The notes beneath the pieces are model-generated. The model saw nothing but the letters and a program-made list of their open reading frames with translations, did no database searches and was not told the DNA's origin. From positions 458,837-522,836 of the forward strand of contig CAWELB010000007.1 in assembly GCA_963809805.1 (NCBI GenBank): a DNA stretch of 64,000 bases, given 5' to 3'. The translations under genes were made by a program, and so were the position numbers. Each line of letters opens with the position of its first letter. Within the stretch, counting starts at the first letter, position 1. Of the stretch, positions 26,402 through 35,222 are shown piece after piece. The stretch comes from an uncultured Chloroflexia bacterium. GTDB taxonomy: Bacteria > Chloroflexota > Anaerolineae > Anaerolineales > UBA4823.

Positions 26402-27250
26402 TCACGCAAATAATGATTGCAAGAATTGCAGACCTTGCTGTGCAATCGCATCCTGGCTGGGAGCGATTTCGCGCCAGATACTGACTGCCCGGGCAATCTC
26501 TTTTACCTGGGAGGTAAAGGATTCGATCACAATCGGACCTTGATAATGCACACTTTTCAAAGCCGCCGAAATTCCCTGCCAATGCACCTGACCCATCCCA
26601 GGCACCCCCCTGTCATTTTCGCAGGCATGGAAGTGATAGATTTTACTGCCTGCCATACGAATGGCATCCGGGCTGCTTTTTTCTTCCAGGTGCATATGGA
26701 ATGTGTCAAGGTGCAGCCCAATATTATCCCGGTCCACATCCTTGATAAAATCCAACCCCTGCGATACCGTATTGATCATATCGGTTTCAAAGCGGTTCAG
26801 AGGCTCAAGGGCTAATTTTATGCCCTTCTTGGCGGCATAATCAGATAATTCACGCAACTCAGATACGGCTAATTTCCATTCTTCTCTTCTGGCTTCGGTG
26901 TCCTCGAGGTGAGCTTTACCCACTGCTGAATATAAGGGTCCACATACCACCGGCGAGCCAAGTTGAGCAGCAGCCTCGATTAACCAGAGGATATACTTGC
27001 GTGCGTTTGCGCGAATCATTGGGTCGGAGCTGCAAATATTACGATCGGCACCGAATACACCACAAATGATAGCCGCCAGCCGATTTTTTTTGATCGTTTC
27101 TTTAATCGTGGATAGATCGAGTAAATCGGGATTTTCGCAGGCAATTTCAAGGATATCGAATCCCATGGATTTTACTTTAGGCGCCAATTCATCTACTGCC
27201 TCAGTTGTGCAGGGCGATACCCAAACGAATGAATTGATTCCAAATTTCAT
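26402..27250 (-). CDS. sugar phosphate isomerase/epimerase (XI-like TIM barrel) 4
   Basis: Start moved to the ATG at 27250 (MKFGINSFVW...), which has a GAGGAG SD. ALEPLNRFE, HFHACEND and VIESF motifs, resembling ketose 3-epimerases/hydroxypyruvate isomerases. Confidence 0.8.
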   Translation of the reverse strand: MKFGINSFVWVSPCTTEAVDELAPKVKSMGFDILEIACENPDLLDLSTIKETIKKNRLAAIICGVFGADRNICSSDPMIRANARKYILWLIEAAAQLGSPVVCGPLYSAVGKAHLEDTEARREEWKLAVSELRELSDYAAKKGIKLALEPLNRFETDMINTVSQGLDFIKDVDRDNIGLHLDTFHMHLEEKSSPDAIRMAGSKIYHFHACENDRGVPGMGQVHWQGISAALKSVHYQGPIVIESFTSQVKEIARAVSIWREIAPSQDAIAQQGLQFLQSLFA

Positions 27251-27260
27251 CCAATGCTCC

Positions 27261-28574
27261 TCATCCTGCGTTTGTCTCGACCCGGTTGGTTGCAATCGTA
27301 AATATATTGTCCATGGCAAGATTGATTGCACCGATCACTCCGGCATCCGCTCCAATTTCCGAAAATACAATCAGCAGATCGCGGGTTGCCAAAGGTAGAG
27401 AGCGGTGTAAGACGGTCTGGCGTATCGAGGATAGCAGCTGGTCACCCAGGTTACTCACCCCTCCACCAATCACAATCATGCCCGGGTTATAGAAATTGAC
27501 CAAACCCGCCAGCACATCACCTATAAATTGTCCGCTCTCTCGAATTATTTCAATTGCCGCAGCATCGCCTTCTCTGGAGGCACTGCCTACATCATCTGCT
27601 CGCAGGACATTTCCGTTTCTTTCATAATACTGCAACATAATCGGGCTCTTACCCGCCTGGGCTGCGCTCAATGAGCGTTCGGCGATTGCCGGACCGGCCG
27701 CAACTGCTTCCAAACAACCATGGTTACCACAATGGCACAACGGACCAGTTTTGTCTACACAGATATGACCGATATCACCCGCACATCCACTGGCGCCGCG
27801 GTAGATTTTCCCTTCGCAGATAATTCCAGCGCCAATACCGGTTCCGATTTTTATAAAAATCAAGTTTTCCACGCCTCTGCCGGCGCCTTGATACCTTTCT
27901 CCTAGGGCCATCACGTTAACATCATTATCAACGACGACATTTGATGACGGGAACCATTGTTGCACGGTTTGTATGATTGGATATCGATCCCAACCTGGCA
28001 TGATGGGTGGTGATACCAGCGAACCCACCGAAAAATCCACCGGTCCCGGCACACCAATTCCGATACCGTTTAATTTATCTGAATTCAAACCGTTTTGGTG
28101 CAGCAAATCTTCAAGCAGGGTACATACGCGTCCCAATATGATGATCGGTCCATCTTTAACCGAGGCAGGTTCTGAATGTCGCATAAGCAGCCTGCCAGAA
28201 AAATCTGCAATGCCCAGATCAATGCTGGTGGCGCCAATATCTACCCCCGCTACCAGACCAAAATTGCCGTTCAGGCTGAACTTCTTCGAGCGCCTCCCCC
28301 CGGTGTATTCAGTGACATTATTTGCTACGATGATATTCTTATCGAGCAGCGAGTCGATGCAGCTTGTGATCTTGGTGCGCGAATAGTCGGTGAAGCTGAC
28401 CAGGTCCGATTTTGAAAACTCCCCATATTTACGGATCAGATCAACCAGCATTTTCTCCGAGCTGGAGATGAAATATTGGTTGGATGAAGCCTCCACCTGC
28501 AATTGCCTCACCGGTTTATCCAGTGAGGAGATGGTCCTTAATTTCTTATTCAGCACTTCGCGTGCTATTCCCAT
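27261..28574 (-). CDS. ROK-family transcriptional regulator
   Basis: N-terminal winged-HTH region, then a ROK sugar-kinase-like body with GIGVPGPVD and the Zn motif CHCGNHGCLE. Confidence 0.85.
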   Translation of the reverse strand: MGIAREVLNKKLRTISSLDKPVRQLQVEASSNQYFISSSEKMLVDLIRKYGEFSKSDLVSFTDYSRTKITSCIDSLLDKNIIVANNVTEYTGGRRSKKFSLNGNFGLVAGVDIGATSIDLGIADFSGRLLMRHSEPASVKDGPIIILGRVCTLLEDLLHQNGLNSDKLNGIGIGVPGPVDFSVGSLVSPPIMPGWDRYPIIQTVQQWFPSSNVVVDNDVNVMALGERYQGAGRGVENLIFIKIGTGIGAGIICEGKIYRGASGCAGDIGHICVDKTGPLCHCGNHGCLEAVAAGPAIAERSLSAAQAGKSPIMLQYYERNGNVLRADDVGSASREGDAAAIEIIRESGQFIGDVLAGLVNFYNPGMIVIGGGVSNLGDQLLSSIRQTVLHRSLPLATRDLLIVFSEIGADAGVIGAINLAMDNIFTIATNRVETNAG

Positions 28575-28733
28575 TTATAATAAGGCTCGCTTTTCAGCTA
28601 GAAGGATAGTCTTTATCGATCAACGTACCTGCACAGATATATCTCATGATACAGCCATCACTCGATCAGCTCGTTTGAACCTTAGCAAATTCAAGGCCTG
28701 GAAATTGAACCGAATATATCCCTTATGAAGAAG

Positions 28734-28784
28734 TGTTAATTACAGGATTACATATCATTATAGCGATTTGTGCTCAGATGTCAA
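28734..28784 (-). promoter_or_regulatory. sigma70-type promoter (TTGACA-16-TATAAT) plus downstream operator TGTAATCCTGTAATTAACA for the ROK/ABC operon
   Basis: On the minus strand: -35 at 28784..28779, -10 at 28762..28757, operator at 28753..28735. Read directly. Confidence 0.55.
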
Positions 28785-28895
28785 TATCTTTTGCGCAAAT
28801 CAGTACTACTTATGACATATTCGGTTATTAGTTTGCCTTATATTGTGTTTTACTCTGGCTGCTTAGTATCCTTGAAAAATCTATCTTCCCTTGGA

Positions 28896-30227
28896 TTAGA
28901 GGGTGACGCATTCCATATCGAATACTTTTGATACCATTTCCAGCTCGCTCAAGTTATGACCATTGGTGATAATATAGTGATGTGAAACCAGGTCATTGAC
29001 GAGCTTTTTTCCGTTAGGCACGCGAATGACGGCACCATTCAGGCAGTCTGAATTTTCGAACTGCGCATATTTCGGCAGCTCAGCCTCCACAATGGACCAG
29101 CGATCAAAAGGCGGCATCAGTTTTACCAGCGTAATATCACCTTCTGCAAAGCGACCATTGATGGCGGTCGCATTATCATCCACAATCGCCAGCACCTTCT
29201 TCTCCAGCTTCCATTCCGTCGAGAAAGATTGTGGGACCACGCCAAAATATCCACAGTGGGCGGCCAGGATATAATTTTCAGGCGCACCCTCGACCTCGGG
29301 AAAGTATGGGATATGTTCATGCTTTAACGCTGCATATCCCATCTGGAACGGGTACAGGTTGGTCATCATGAAAGGTACTCCGATGGTCTTCCCAATCAGG
29401 ACCTTGGTGAGCATGGATACCAGGTCAGCTTCGCAGCCCCAAACCAGACATTGATCTTCATAGAGGAAATTCCAGGCCAGGCAAGGGGTTGTATCCGAGA
29501 ACATGGATTCATTCAGACAATTGATCCCGGCCGCGATGATGTCCGGGTCCTGGTCCAGGTCTCTCTTGACCGCCATGTAGAGTTTCACCGCGCTTAAGAT
29601 CGCTCGTTTGGTCATTTTTCCAATGGGGGTTTTCGCTTTGCGCTGTTCCCATACCTTTTCAGCTGCTTCATCAGAAATAGCATTGGCGTCCTGCCCCAAC
29701 TTCTTGAAGCTCTTTTTTATGACTGTAACACCATACTTTTTCTCAATCGCATCAATACACTCCGGTTCCCACCAGTAGAATCGTTTGAAGATATCATCTT
29801 GTTTGCCTGTACCACTGGCTGGGTTATCCTGGTAGGCTAAGATCTTAGATTGTCTCAGCTGGCGTTTTAGTGCGAAAGCCCGGCACACCTGTTTGGTTTT
29901 TTCGAGATCTGTGGGACCAATGACCTTTACGCCTTTAGCGGTCAGGTAGCTGTTGATCTCCCAATCCCACATAGAGACTGTTCCAAATTCGGAGGTCACA
30001 ATCAAGAGTGGTTGAGGCAGCCTCTTGATTTTATCCAGCAATCGATAGGCTTGCCCCAGCATCTCCGGGAAAATAACTCCGTCTGTATCGGGTAGTTTTT
30101 CTCCTAATAAGACCGGATCTAAAATTTGAGCTTCGTCTGCCAGCAGTTCATGTAGTTTTTTCAATTGGGTGGAAAATGCGGGATCATCGACGGTTTTAAA
30201 GTAAATCGGAACAAGTTTTGCTTTCAT
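28896..30227 (-). CDS. L-fucose/L-arabinose isomerase-family protein (putative sugar isomerase)
   Basis: 443 aa. The WGCEADLVSM motif resembles the (E)GD catalytic-loop region of AraA/FucI-like isomerases. C-terminal HHYIITNGH. The assignment is tentative. Confidence 0.45.
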   Translation of the reverse strand: MKAKLVPIYFKTVDDPAFSTQLKKLHELLADEAQILDPVLLGEKLPDTDGVIFPEMLGQAYRLLDKIKRLPQPLLIVTSEFGTVSMWDWEINSYLTAKGVKVIGPTDLEKTKQVCRAFALKRQLRQSKILAYQDNPASGTGKQDDIFKRFYWWEPECIDAIEKKYGVTVIKKSFKKLGQDANAISDEAAEKVWEQRKAKTPIGKMTKRAILSAVKLYMAVKRDLDQDPDIIAAGINCLNESMFSDTTPCLAWNFLYEDQCLVWGCEADLVSMLTKVLIGKTIGVPFMMTNLYPFQMGYAALKHEHIPYFPEVEGAPENYILAAHCGYFGVVPQSFSTEWKLEKKVLAIVDDNATAINGRFAEGDITLVKLMPPFDRWSIVEAELPKYAQFENSDCLNGAVIRVPNGKKLVNDLVSHHYIITNGHNLSELEMVSKVFDMECVTL

Positions 30228-30284
30228 AATTAGCTCCTTATCGCACGTAATTGACGGATCACCATTCGAAGGTCAAACAAAGGA

Positions 30285-30314
30285 GGGGCAGGAGGCTAAA
30301 GCTACCTGTCCCCC
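30285..30314 (-). terminator. terminator-like hairpin after the Gfo/Idh/MocA gene
   Basis: The minus strand reads ggggacagg-N11-cctgcccc followed by tcctttgttt. Confidence 0.45.
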
Positions 30315-30356
30315 CTTGTGATATTACCAGTAATCTATCTGCTGCCTATCCAAGCT

Positions 30357-31520
30357 TTACTTGATGTCGGAGACGGTTACTTTTCGACCTGTGGTTGCTG
30401 ATTTAATCGCCGCTTCCAAAACTTGCATCGCTTTCATGCCATCATAAAAGTTCGGCGAAATCTTGGTTCCTTTATCAATCGCGGTCAGGAAATCTGCGAT
30501 GGCATGCGAGAAGGCGTGCTCATAGCCGATGATGTGCCCGGGTGGCCACCAGGCTGCCACGTATGGATGGGTGGAATTCGTCACCAGGATTGTTCGGAAT
30601 CCCTGCTCATCTGCTGCATCCGCCAGGTTCAAATATTGAAGCTCGTTCATGCGCTCGAGGTTGAAAATCAGGCTGCCTTTGCTGCCATATATTTCAAAGT
30701 AGTTGTAATTCTTCCGCCCGCTGGCAAACCGGCTGGCTTCAAACGATCCCAGGGCACCATTTTCGAACTCTGCCAGCATAAACGCGGCATCGTCCACCGT
30801 CACCTGCGCCTTATCGGTAGCTCCGGTACCAGCTTTGAAGGTGCCGGCACCCTTACCAGGTAATGGTCGTTCGGTGATGAAAGTCTTCATCATCGCCGTC
30901 ACTGCCTGGATTTCGCCCACCAGGTATCGTCCCAGGTCAACGCTGTGGGAGTTCAAATCGTAGTGCGGTCCGGCGCCTGCGAATTTCTTTTGTAAATGCC
31001 AGGTGAGTGGGAATTTGGGATCAGTGATCCAATCTTGCAGGTAAGTCCCACGCCAATGATAGATCGTGCCAATCTTTCCCTCATCGATCAATTGCCTGGC
31101 AAATGTAATTGCTGGAGCCCGGCGGTAGTTATGGTTGAGGTAGTGCACCACACCAGCTTTTTCCGCGGCTTCGTACATTTCTTTGGCACCCGCATAGGTC
31201 AGGGTGATGGGTTTTTCGCAAAAGATATGCTTCCCATTCTGAGCCGCCGCGATCGCCATCTCCTGGTGCAGCCAGGTTGGCACGCAGATATCTACAATAT
31301 CAACGTCTTTGCGTTCAACCACCTTACGCCAATCCGTCTCAATCGTCTCCCAACCCCAATTGTTTGCGAAAGTGGTGGTGCAATCAACTTCTGTGTCACA
31401 TGCCACTTTCATCACCGGCTTTATACCCAGCTGGAAAAACTTGGGTGTTCTTTCCCAGGCATTACTATGGGCTTTGCCCATAAAGCCGGTTCCGATAATT
31501 GCTACATTTAGTGTTTTCAA
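30357..31520 (-). CDS. Gfo/Idh/MocA-family oxidoreductase
   Basis: VAIIGTGFMGKAH Rossmann N-terminus and the EKP motif (FCEKPIT); 387 aa. Confidence 0.85.
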   Translation of the reverse strand: MKTLNVAIIGTGFMGKAHSNAWERTPKFFQLGIKPVMKVACDTEVDCTTTFANNWGWETIETDWRKVVERKDVDIVDICVPTWLHQEMAIAAAQNGKHIFCEKPITLTYAGAKEMYEAAEKAGVVHYLNHNYRRAPAITFARQLIDEGKIGTIYHWRGTYLQDWITDPKFPLTWHLQKKFAGAGPHYDLNSHSVDLGRYLVGEIQAVTAMMKTFITERPLPGKGAGTFKAGTGATDKAQVTVDDAAFMLAEFENGALGSFEASRFASGRKNYNYFEIYGSKGSLIFNLERMNELQYLNLADAADEQGFRTILVTNSTHPYVAAWWPPGHIIGYEHAFSHAIADFLTAIDKGTKISPNFYDGMKAMQVLEAAIKSATTGRKVTVSDIK

Positions 31521-31553
31521 TGCATTCTCTCCTTCAATCGTCAGGCGGGACTA

Positions 31554-32417
31554 TCAATTCAAATCCGCGGCAATTTTCTTCAATTCCTTAACACTCAAAG
31601 CGACTGCTTCATCCTCCCGCCCGGTCCAATCTGCGTGTGGATGGTCAATCTCGACTGCCAGGAACCCTTTGAAGTCGGCTTTGTGGAGCATTTGGGCTAA
31701 AGCCTGGTTATTGATCAAGCCCATTCCAACGGGTACACCGGCGAAAAAGTGCCAATCGGTGGGTCGGGCGCTCTTATCCGGCATCAAATCTTTGACATGC
31801 GTGGCTAGAGTGTAGGGGGCAAGCTTTTCCATCCCTTTCACCGGGTCATCCAGCAGGCGCAGGAAGTTGCCCGTATCAAAATTCAGGCCAAAGTATTCCG
31901 AATCAACCATCTCGAGCAGCTGCAGGATCTCGGCGCTGGTGAAGTCGATGTGATTCTCAACCGCCATTTTTATACCATGGTCTTTGGCAATCGGCACGGC
32001 TTTTTTGAACATTTTTACCAGGGCTTCAATCTGGGGTCCGTGCGGCTCGTGCCTGAACATCAAGCTGCTCCCCACCACACGCATCACATCCGCCCCAATG
32101 GCGACGGCATTCGGAATGCCTGCCACCATCTCGTCATAAGCAGTCCAATTCTGACCGCGCTCAAGCCCATCCGGGTGACCCCAGGCGTATACACGATCCA
32201 ATTTGTAATCATCCAATTGTGCTTTCAGGTCTTTGAACCAGGTCTGGTCAATATTGGGTGGGAAGAAGCATGATTCAAGCGAAACCCCGTCCACATTCAA
32301 TTCCTTGGCGCGGGTGAGAAAATCCTGCATGCTCATATTTTTCGCAGGGGGTTTCTGGTCAGGATATACCTCACCGAAGAAACGATGAAAACAGTAACTA
32401 TCAATTCCGACTTTCAT
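31554..32417 (-). CDS. sugar phosphate isomerase/epimerase (XI-like TIM barrel) 5
   Basis: Start moved to the ATG at 32417 (MKVGIDSYCF...), which has an AGGAGG SD. AVENH, THVKD and AVEIDH motifs. Confidence 0.8.
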   Translation of the reverse strand: MKVGIDSYCFHRFFGEVYPDQKPPAKNMSMQDFLTRAKELNVDGVSLESCFFPPNIDQTWFKDLKAQLDDYKLDRVYAWGHPDGLERGQNWTAYDEMVAGIPNAVAIGADVMRVVGSSLMFRHEPHGPQIEALVKMFKKAVPIAKDHGIKMAVENHIDFTSAEILQLLEMVDSEYFGLNFDTGNFLRLLDDPVKGMEKLAPYTLATHVKDLMPDKSARPTDWHFFAGVPVGMGLINNQALAQMLHKADFKGFLAVEIDHPHADWTGREDEAVALSVKELKKIAADLN

Positions 32418-32540
32418 TTTGAGCCTCCTGAGATTAGATTGGTGAACCTGTTTATATTTGAGTCCGGGTGATGCTACTTTGCTATTCTTCCACAAGGAAT
32501 AACAACAGCTTTTGTCGATTGTTTAGCAAGAATTAAAAAC

Positions 32541-32590
32541 CTGTCATTACAGGATAACATTATTATAACGATTAATATCTCATACTTCAA
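32541..32590 (-). promoter_or_regulatory. sigma70-type promoter (TTGAAG-18-TATAAT) plus operator TGTTATCCTGTAATGACA for the 32417..30357 operon
   Basis: On the minus strand: -35 at 32590..32585, -10 at 32566..32561, operator at 32558..32541. Read directly. Confidence 0.5.
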
Positions 32591-32677
32591 GACATTGGTG
32601 CATGATCGCTGTGTTTACTTCAATAATACGGTATTCTATTCCGGCTTCCAATAGTCTGAATTTTACCAATTATTCTA

Positions 32678-32729
32678 TTGACAGGTTAGGGGTTTCTTTC
32701 TATAATGAGTTGTAATCACAGGATTACAA
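32678..32729 (+). promoter_or_regulatory. consensus sigma70 promoter TTGACA-17-TATAAT followed by perfect palindrome TTGTAATC-ACAG-GATTACAA (operator)
   Basis: -35 at 32678-32683, -10 at 32701-32706, 20-bp dyad at 32710-32729. Lies 23 nt upstream of the GntR-family gene start. Confidence 0.65.
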
Positions 32730-32751
32730 CAAAATCTGTTGATCTTAAGGG

Positions 32752-33585
32752 ATGGATTCCATGAAAGAATCGATCAATTTCGAGAGCCATATTCCATACT
32801 ACCTTCAATTAATCGATATTTTGAAGGAAAAGGTACAGCAAGCTGAATGGGCGCCAGGCGATCAAATTCCGGGTGAACAGGATCTCTGCGAGCATTATCA
32901 AGTCAGCCGCACTGTCGTCAGGCAAGCACTGCGCGAATTGGAATACGAAGGTGTGATCACGCGCCAAAAGGGTAAAGGCACTTTCATCTCCCTGCCTAAA
33001 ATCAGTGAAGGGCTGGTGCAAAAGCTGACTGGGTTTTACCAAGACATGGTGGAACGCGGGCTAAAACCTGGCTCAAAAGTGCTTTACCAAAATGTCAGCC
33101 CAGCCTCTGAGAAAGTTGCCCGTTTCCTCAACATCAATCCGTCTGATCGGGTAATTGATATTCAACGCTTGAGATACATCAATGATGAGCCCATCCAATT
33201 GGTCACCACCTACGTTCCATTTGAGATTTGCCCGGGTCTCGCCAGTGTCGATCTGACCAATCGCTCACTCTATGAATACCTGGAAAAAGAATGCGGTATT
33301 TTTATTGCCAAGGGGCAGCGGTATATCGAAGCTGTTCTGGCAAATGAGCATGAAGCCACCTTGCTCGGTATCGACCGCGGAGCCCCATTGTTGATGTTGG
33401 ATAGTGTTAGTTTTTCCGAGGATGGACGACCAATAGAATACTATCATGCCCTCCATCGCGGTGACCGGTCGCGCTTTGAGGTCGAGCTGGTCAGATTGCG
33501 TGAACCGGGCTCAAGGACCAGCGAGCTCGCAGGTAACTTTTCTGCTGCCTCAAAGATGCGCTCCACAGATGGCGGTTTCAAATGA
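32752..33585 (+). CDS. GntR-family (HutC subfamily, UTRA domain) transcriptional regulator
   Basis: The wHTH PGEQDLCEHYQVSRTVVRQALRELEYEGVITRQKGKGTF, followed by a ~150-aa UTRA-like effector domain. Confidence 0.85.
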   Translation: MDSMKESINFESHIPYYLQLIDILKEKVQQAEWAPGDQIPGEQDLCEHYQVSRTVVRQALRELEYEGVITRQKGKGTFISLPKISEGLVQKLTGFYQDMVERGLKPGSKVLYQNVSPASEKVARFLNINPSDRVIDIQRLRYINDEPIQLVTTYVPFEICPGLASVDLTNRSLYEYLEKECGIFIAKGQRYIEAVLANEHEATLLGIDRGAPLLMLDSVSFSEDGRPIEYYHALHRGDRSRFEVELVRLREPGSRTSELAGNFSAASKMRSTDGGFK

Positions 33586-33638
33586 TCACAATGCAGATGA
33601 TAGCTCGCATGGTGTGCTAACAGATTGCGGAGTAGAGA

Positions 33639-35174
33639 ATGCCCAAGAAATACTTGATCGGCGTTGATCTTGGAACCAGTGCTACCAAGGCAGCGCTGTA
33701 TCAGATTAACGGGAAGCTTATTTCGGAAGCCTCCGTGGAGGTGCCACTTTTTTATCCCTCGCCGGGTGTGGTCGAGCAGGATAATGAAGATTTCTATACT
33801 TCCGCAGCCCAAACCGTGCGGAAGTGCGTGGAATCCAGCGGCGTAGACCCGCATGCCATTGCGGCAATTGCATTTGATTCACAGATGGCCGGCGTGGGAC
33901 TGCTTGGGGAAGATTTCAAACCCGTCGCCAGGTTTGACTCCTGGTTGGATATGCGCTGCCAACCCTATATCGAGTGGATGGATAAGGAAGCTGGGGATCG
34001 CATTACCCAGCTCACCGGTTGCCCTCCCACCTGTGACCATGGTCCCAAGATGCTGTGGTGGAAGCACGAACAGCCTGAGGTTTACCGGCGGACGGCGAAA
34101 TTTGTCATGCCCGGGACGTATGTAGCCGGCAGGATCGCAGGATTAACCGCTGCTGAGGCATTTATCGATTATACCTACATCCATTTTTCCGGGTTTTCTG
34201 ATGCCCAATCGGAGACCTGGTCCGACGAATTATGTGGGCTCTTCGGGCTGGACAAGGACAAACTCCCCCGCATCATCGATTCCTGTACCATCATCGGTGA
34301 AGTGCAGGGTGAATCCGCCAGAGAGTTTGGGTTGGCTCCCGGTACCCTGGTTGCCGCCGGTGCTGGAGATACGGCTGCCAATGCCTTGGGTGCAGGTATT
34401 GTGAACCCGGGGATGCTTTTTGATGTCGCTGGCACAGCAGCCGTCCTGGCAGGGTGCACCGATAAATTTGTGGCAGATACCAGGCACCGTGCCTTGATCA
34501 CCATGCGTTCGGTCATCCATGGATTATGGAATCCGCTGGCGTATATCGGGGGCGGTGGGATTGCATTACGCTGGTTCCGCGATCAATTCTACAATTGTGC
34601 CCGCGGCCAAAACATGCCCAAAACGGATGAAGATCTGTATCCGCAAATGATCTCGCAGGTTGATGGGGTGGCACCGGGTTCGGATGGTTTGTTCTTTTCG
34701 CCCCACCTGGGAGGTCGCATTTGTCCATCCAGCCCCGCTATGCGCGGCGCATGGCTGGGAGTGTCATGGTCGCATACCCAGGCTCATTTTACGCGTTCGA
34801 TTTTGGAAAGCATCGCCTATGAATACGCCTATTATTTAAAAATTCTCAGGGAATCATTGCCAGATTTAGTGCTGGTGGAAGCGCGTGTGGTCGGTGGTGG
34901 GGCGCGCAGTGAAGCATGGAACCAGATCAAAGCTGACGTGCTCAATGTGCCTTATCAGAGACTGAAGGGCAACGAGTTTGGTGCCTGGGGCGCCGCCATG
35001 ATCGCCGGCAAGGCCGCTGGTTTGATCGATGACCTGGCTTCCCATGCTGAGCAGACCGCCATCTTGAGCGGCAAGCCATTCCGCCCAGCGCAAGAAAAGC
35101 ACGCCATCTATGCTCCCTTGATAGAAAAATATATCTTGCTAGAAGAGACTTTGAACCGGTTTTATCAATCGTAG
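33639..35174 (+). CDS. FGGY-family carbohydrate kinase 1 (xylulokinase-like)
   Basis: The N-terminal YLIGVDLGTSATKAALY, GAGDTAANALGAG and a C-terminal GGGARS pattern. Confidence 0.85.
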   Translation: MPKKYLIGVDLGTSATKAALYQINGKLISEASVEVPLFYPSPGVVEQDNEDFYTSAAQTVRKCVESSGVDPHAIAAIAFDSQMAGVGLLGEDFKPVARFDSWLDMRCQPYIEWMDKEAGDRITQLTGCPPTCDHGPKMLWWKHEQPEVYRRTAKFVMPGTYVAGRIAGLTAAEAFIDYTYIHFSGFSDAQSETWSDELCGLFGLDKDKLPRIIDSCTIIGEVQGESAREFGLAPGTLVAAGAGDTAANALGAGIVNPGMLFDVAGTAAVLAGCTDKFVADTRHRALITMRSVIHGLWNPLAYIGGGGIALRWFRDQFYNCARGQNMPKTDEDLYPQMISQVDGVAPGSDGLFFSPHLGGRICPSSPAMRGAWLGVSWSHTQAHFTRSILESIAYEYAYYLKILRESLPDLVLVEARVVGGGARSEAWNQIKADVLNVPYQRLKGNEFGAWGAAMIAGKAAGLIDDLASHAEQTAILSGKPFRPAQEKHAIYAPLIEKYILLEETLNRFYQS

Positions 35175-35222
35175 CCCTGCAGTATCCGTTTGGAGAAATC
35201 ACTTGGTATTGAGGAATTTTTG

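Noticed and set aside
26402-27331. N-terminal extensions of several track ORFs (26402-27331, 31554-32495, 35190-, 36253-, 42509-, 49379-49828, 60260-61306)
   Set aside because: In each case an internal ATG preceded by a GGAGG-like SD starts at the conserved family N-terminus. The extension overlaps the upstream gene or lacks an SD, so the shorter coordinates are reported.
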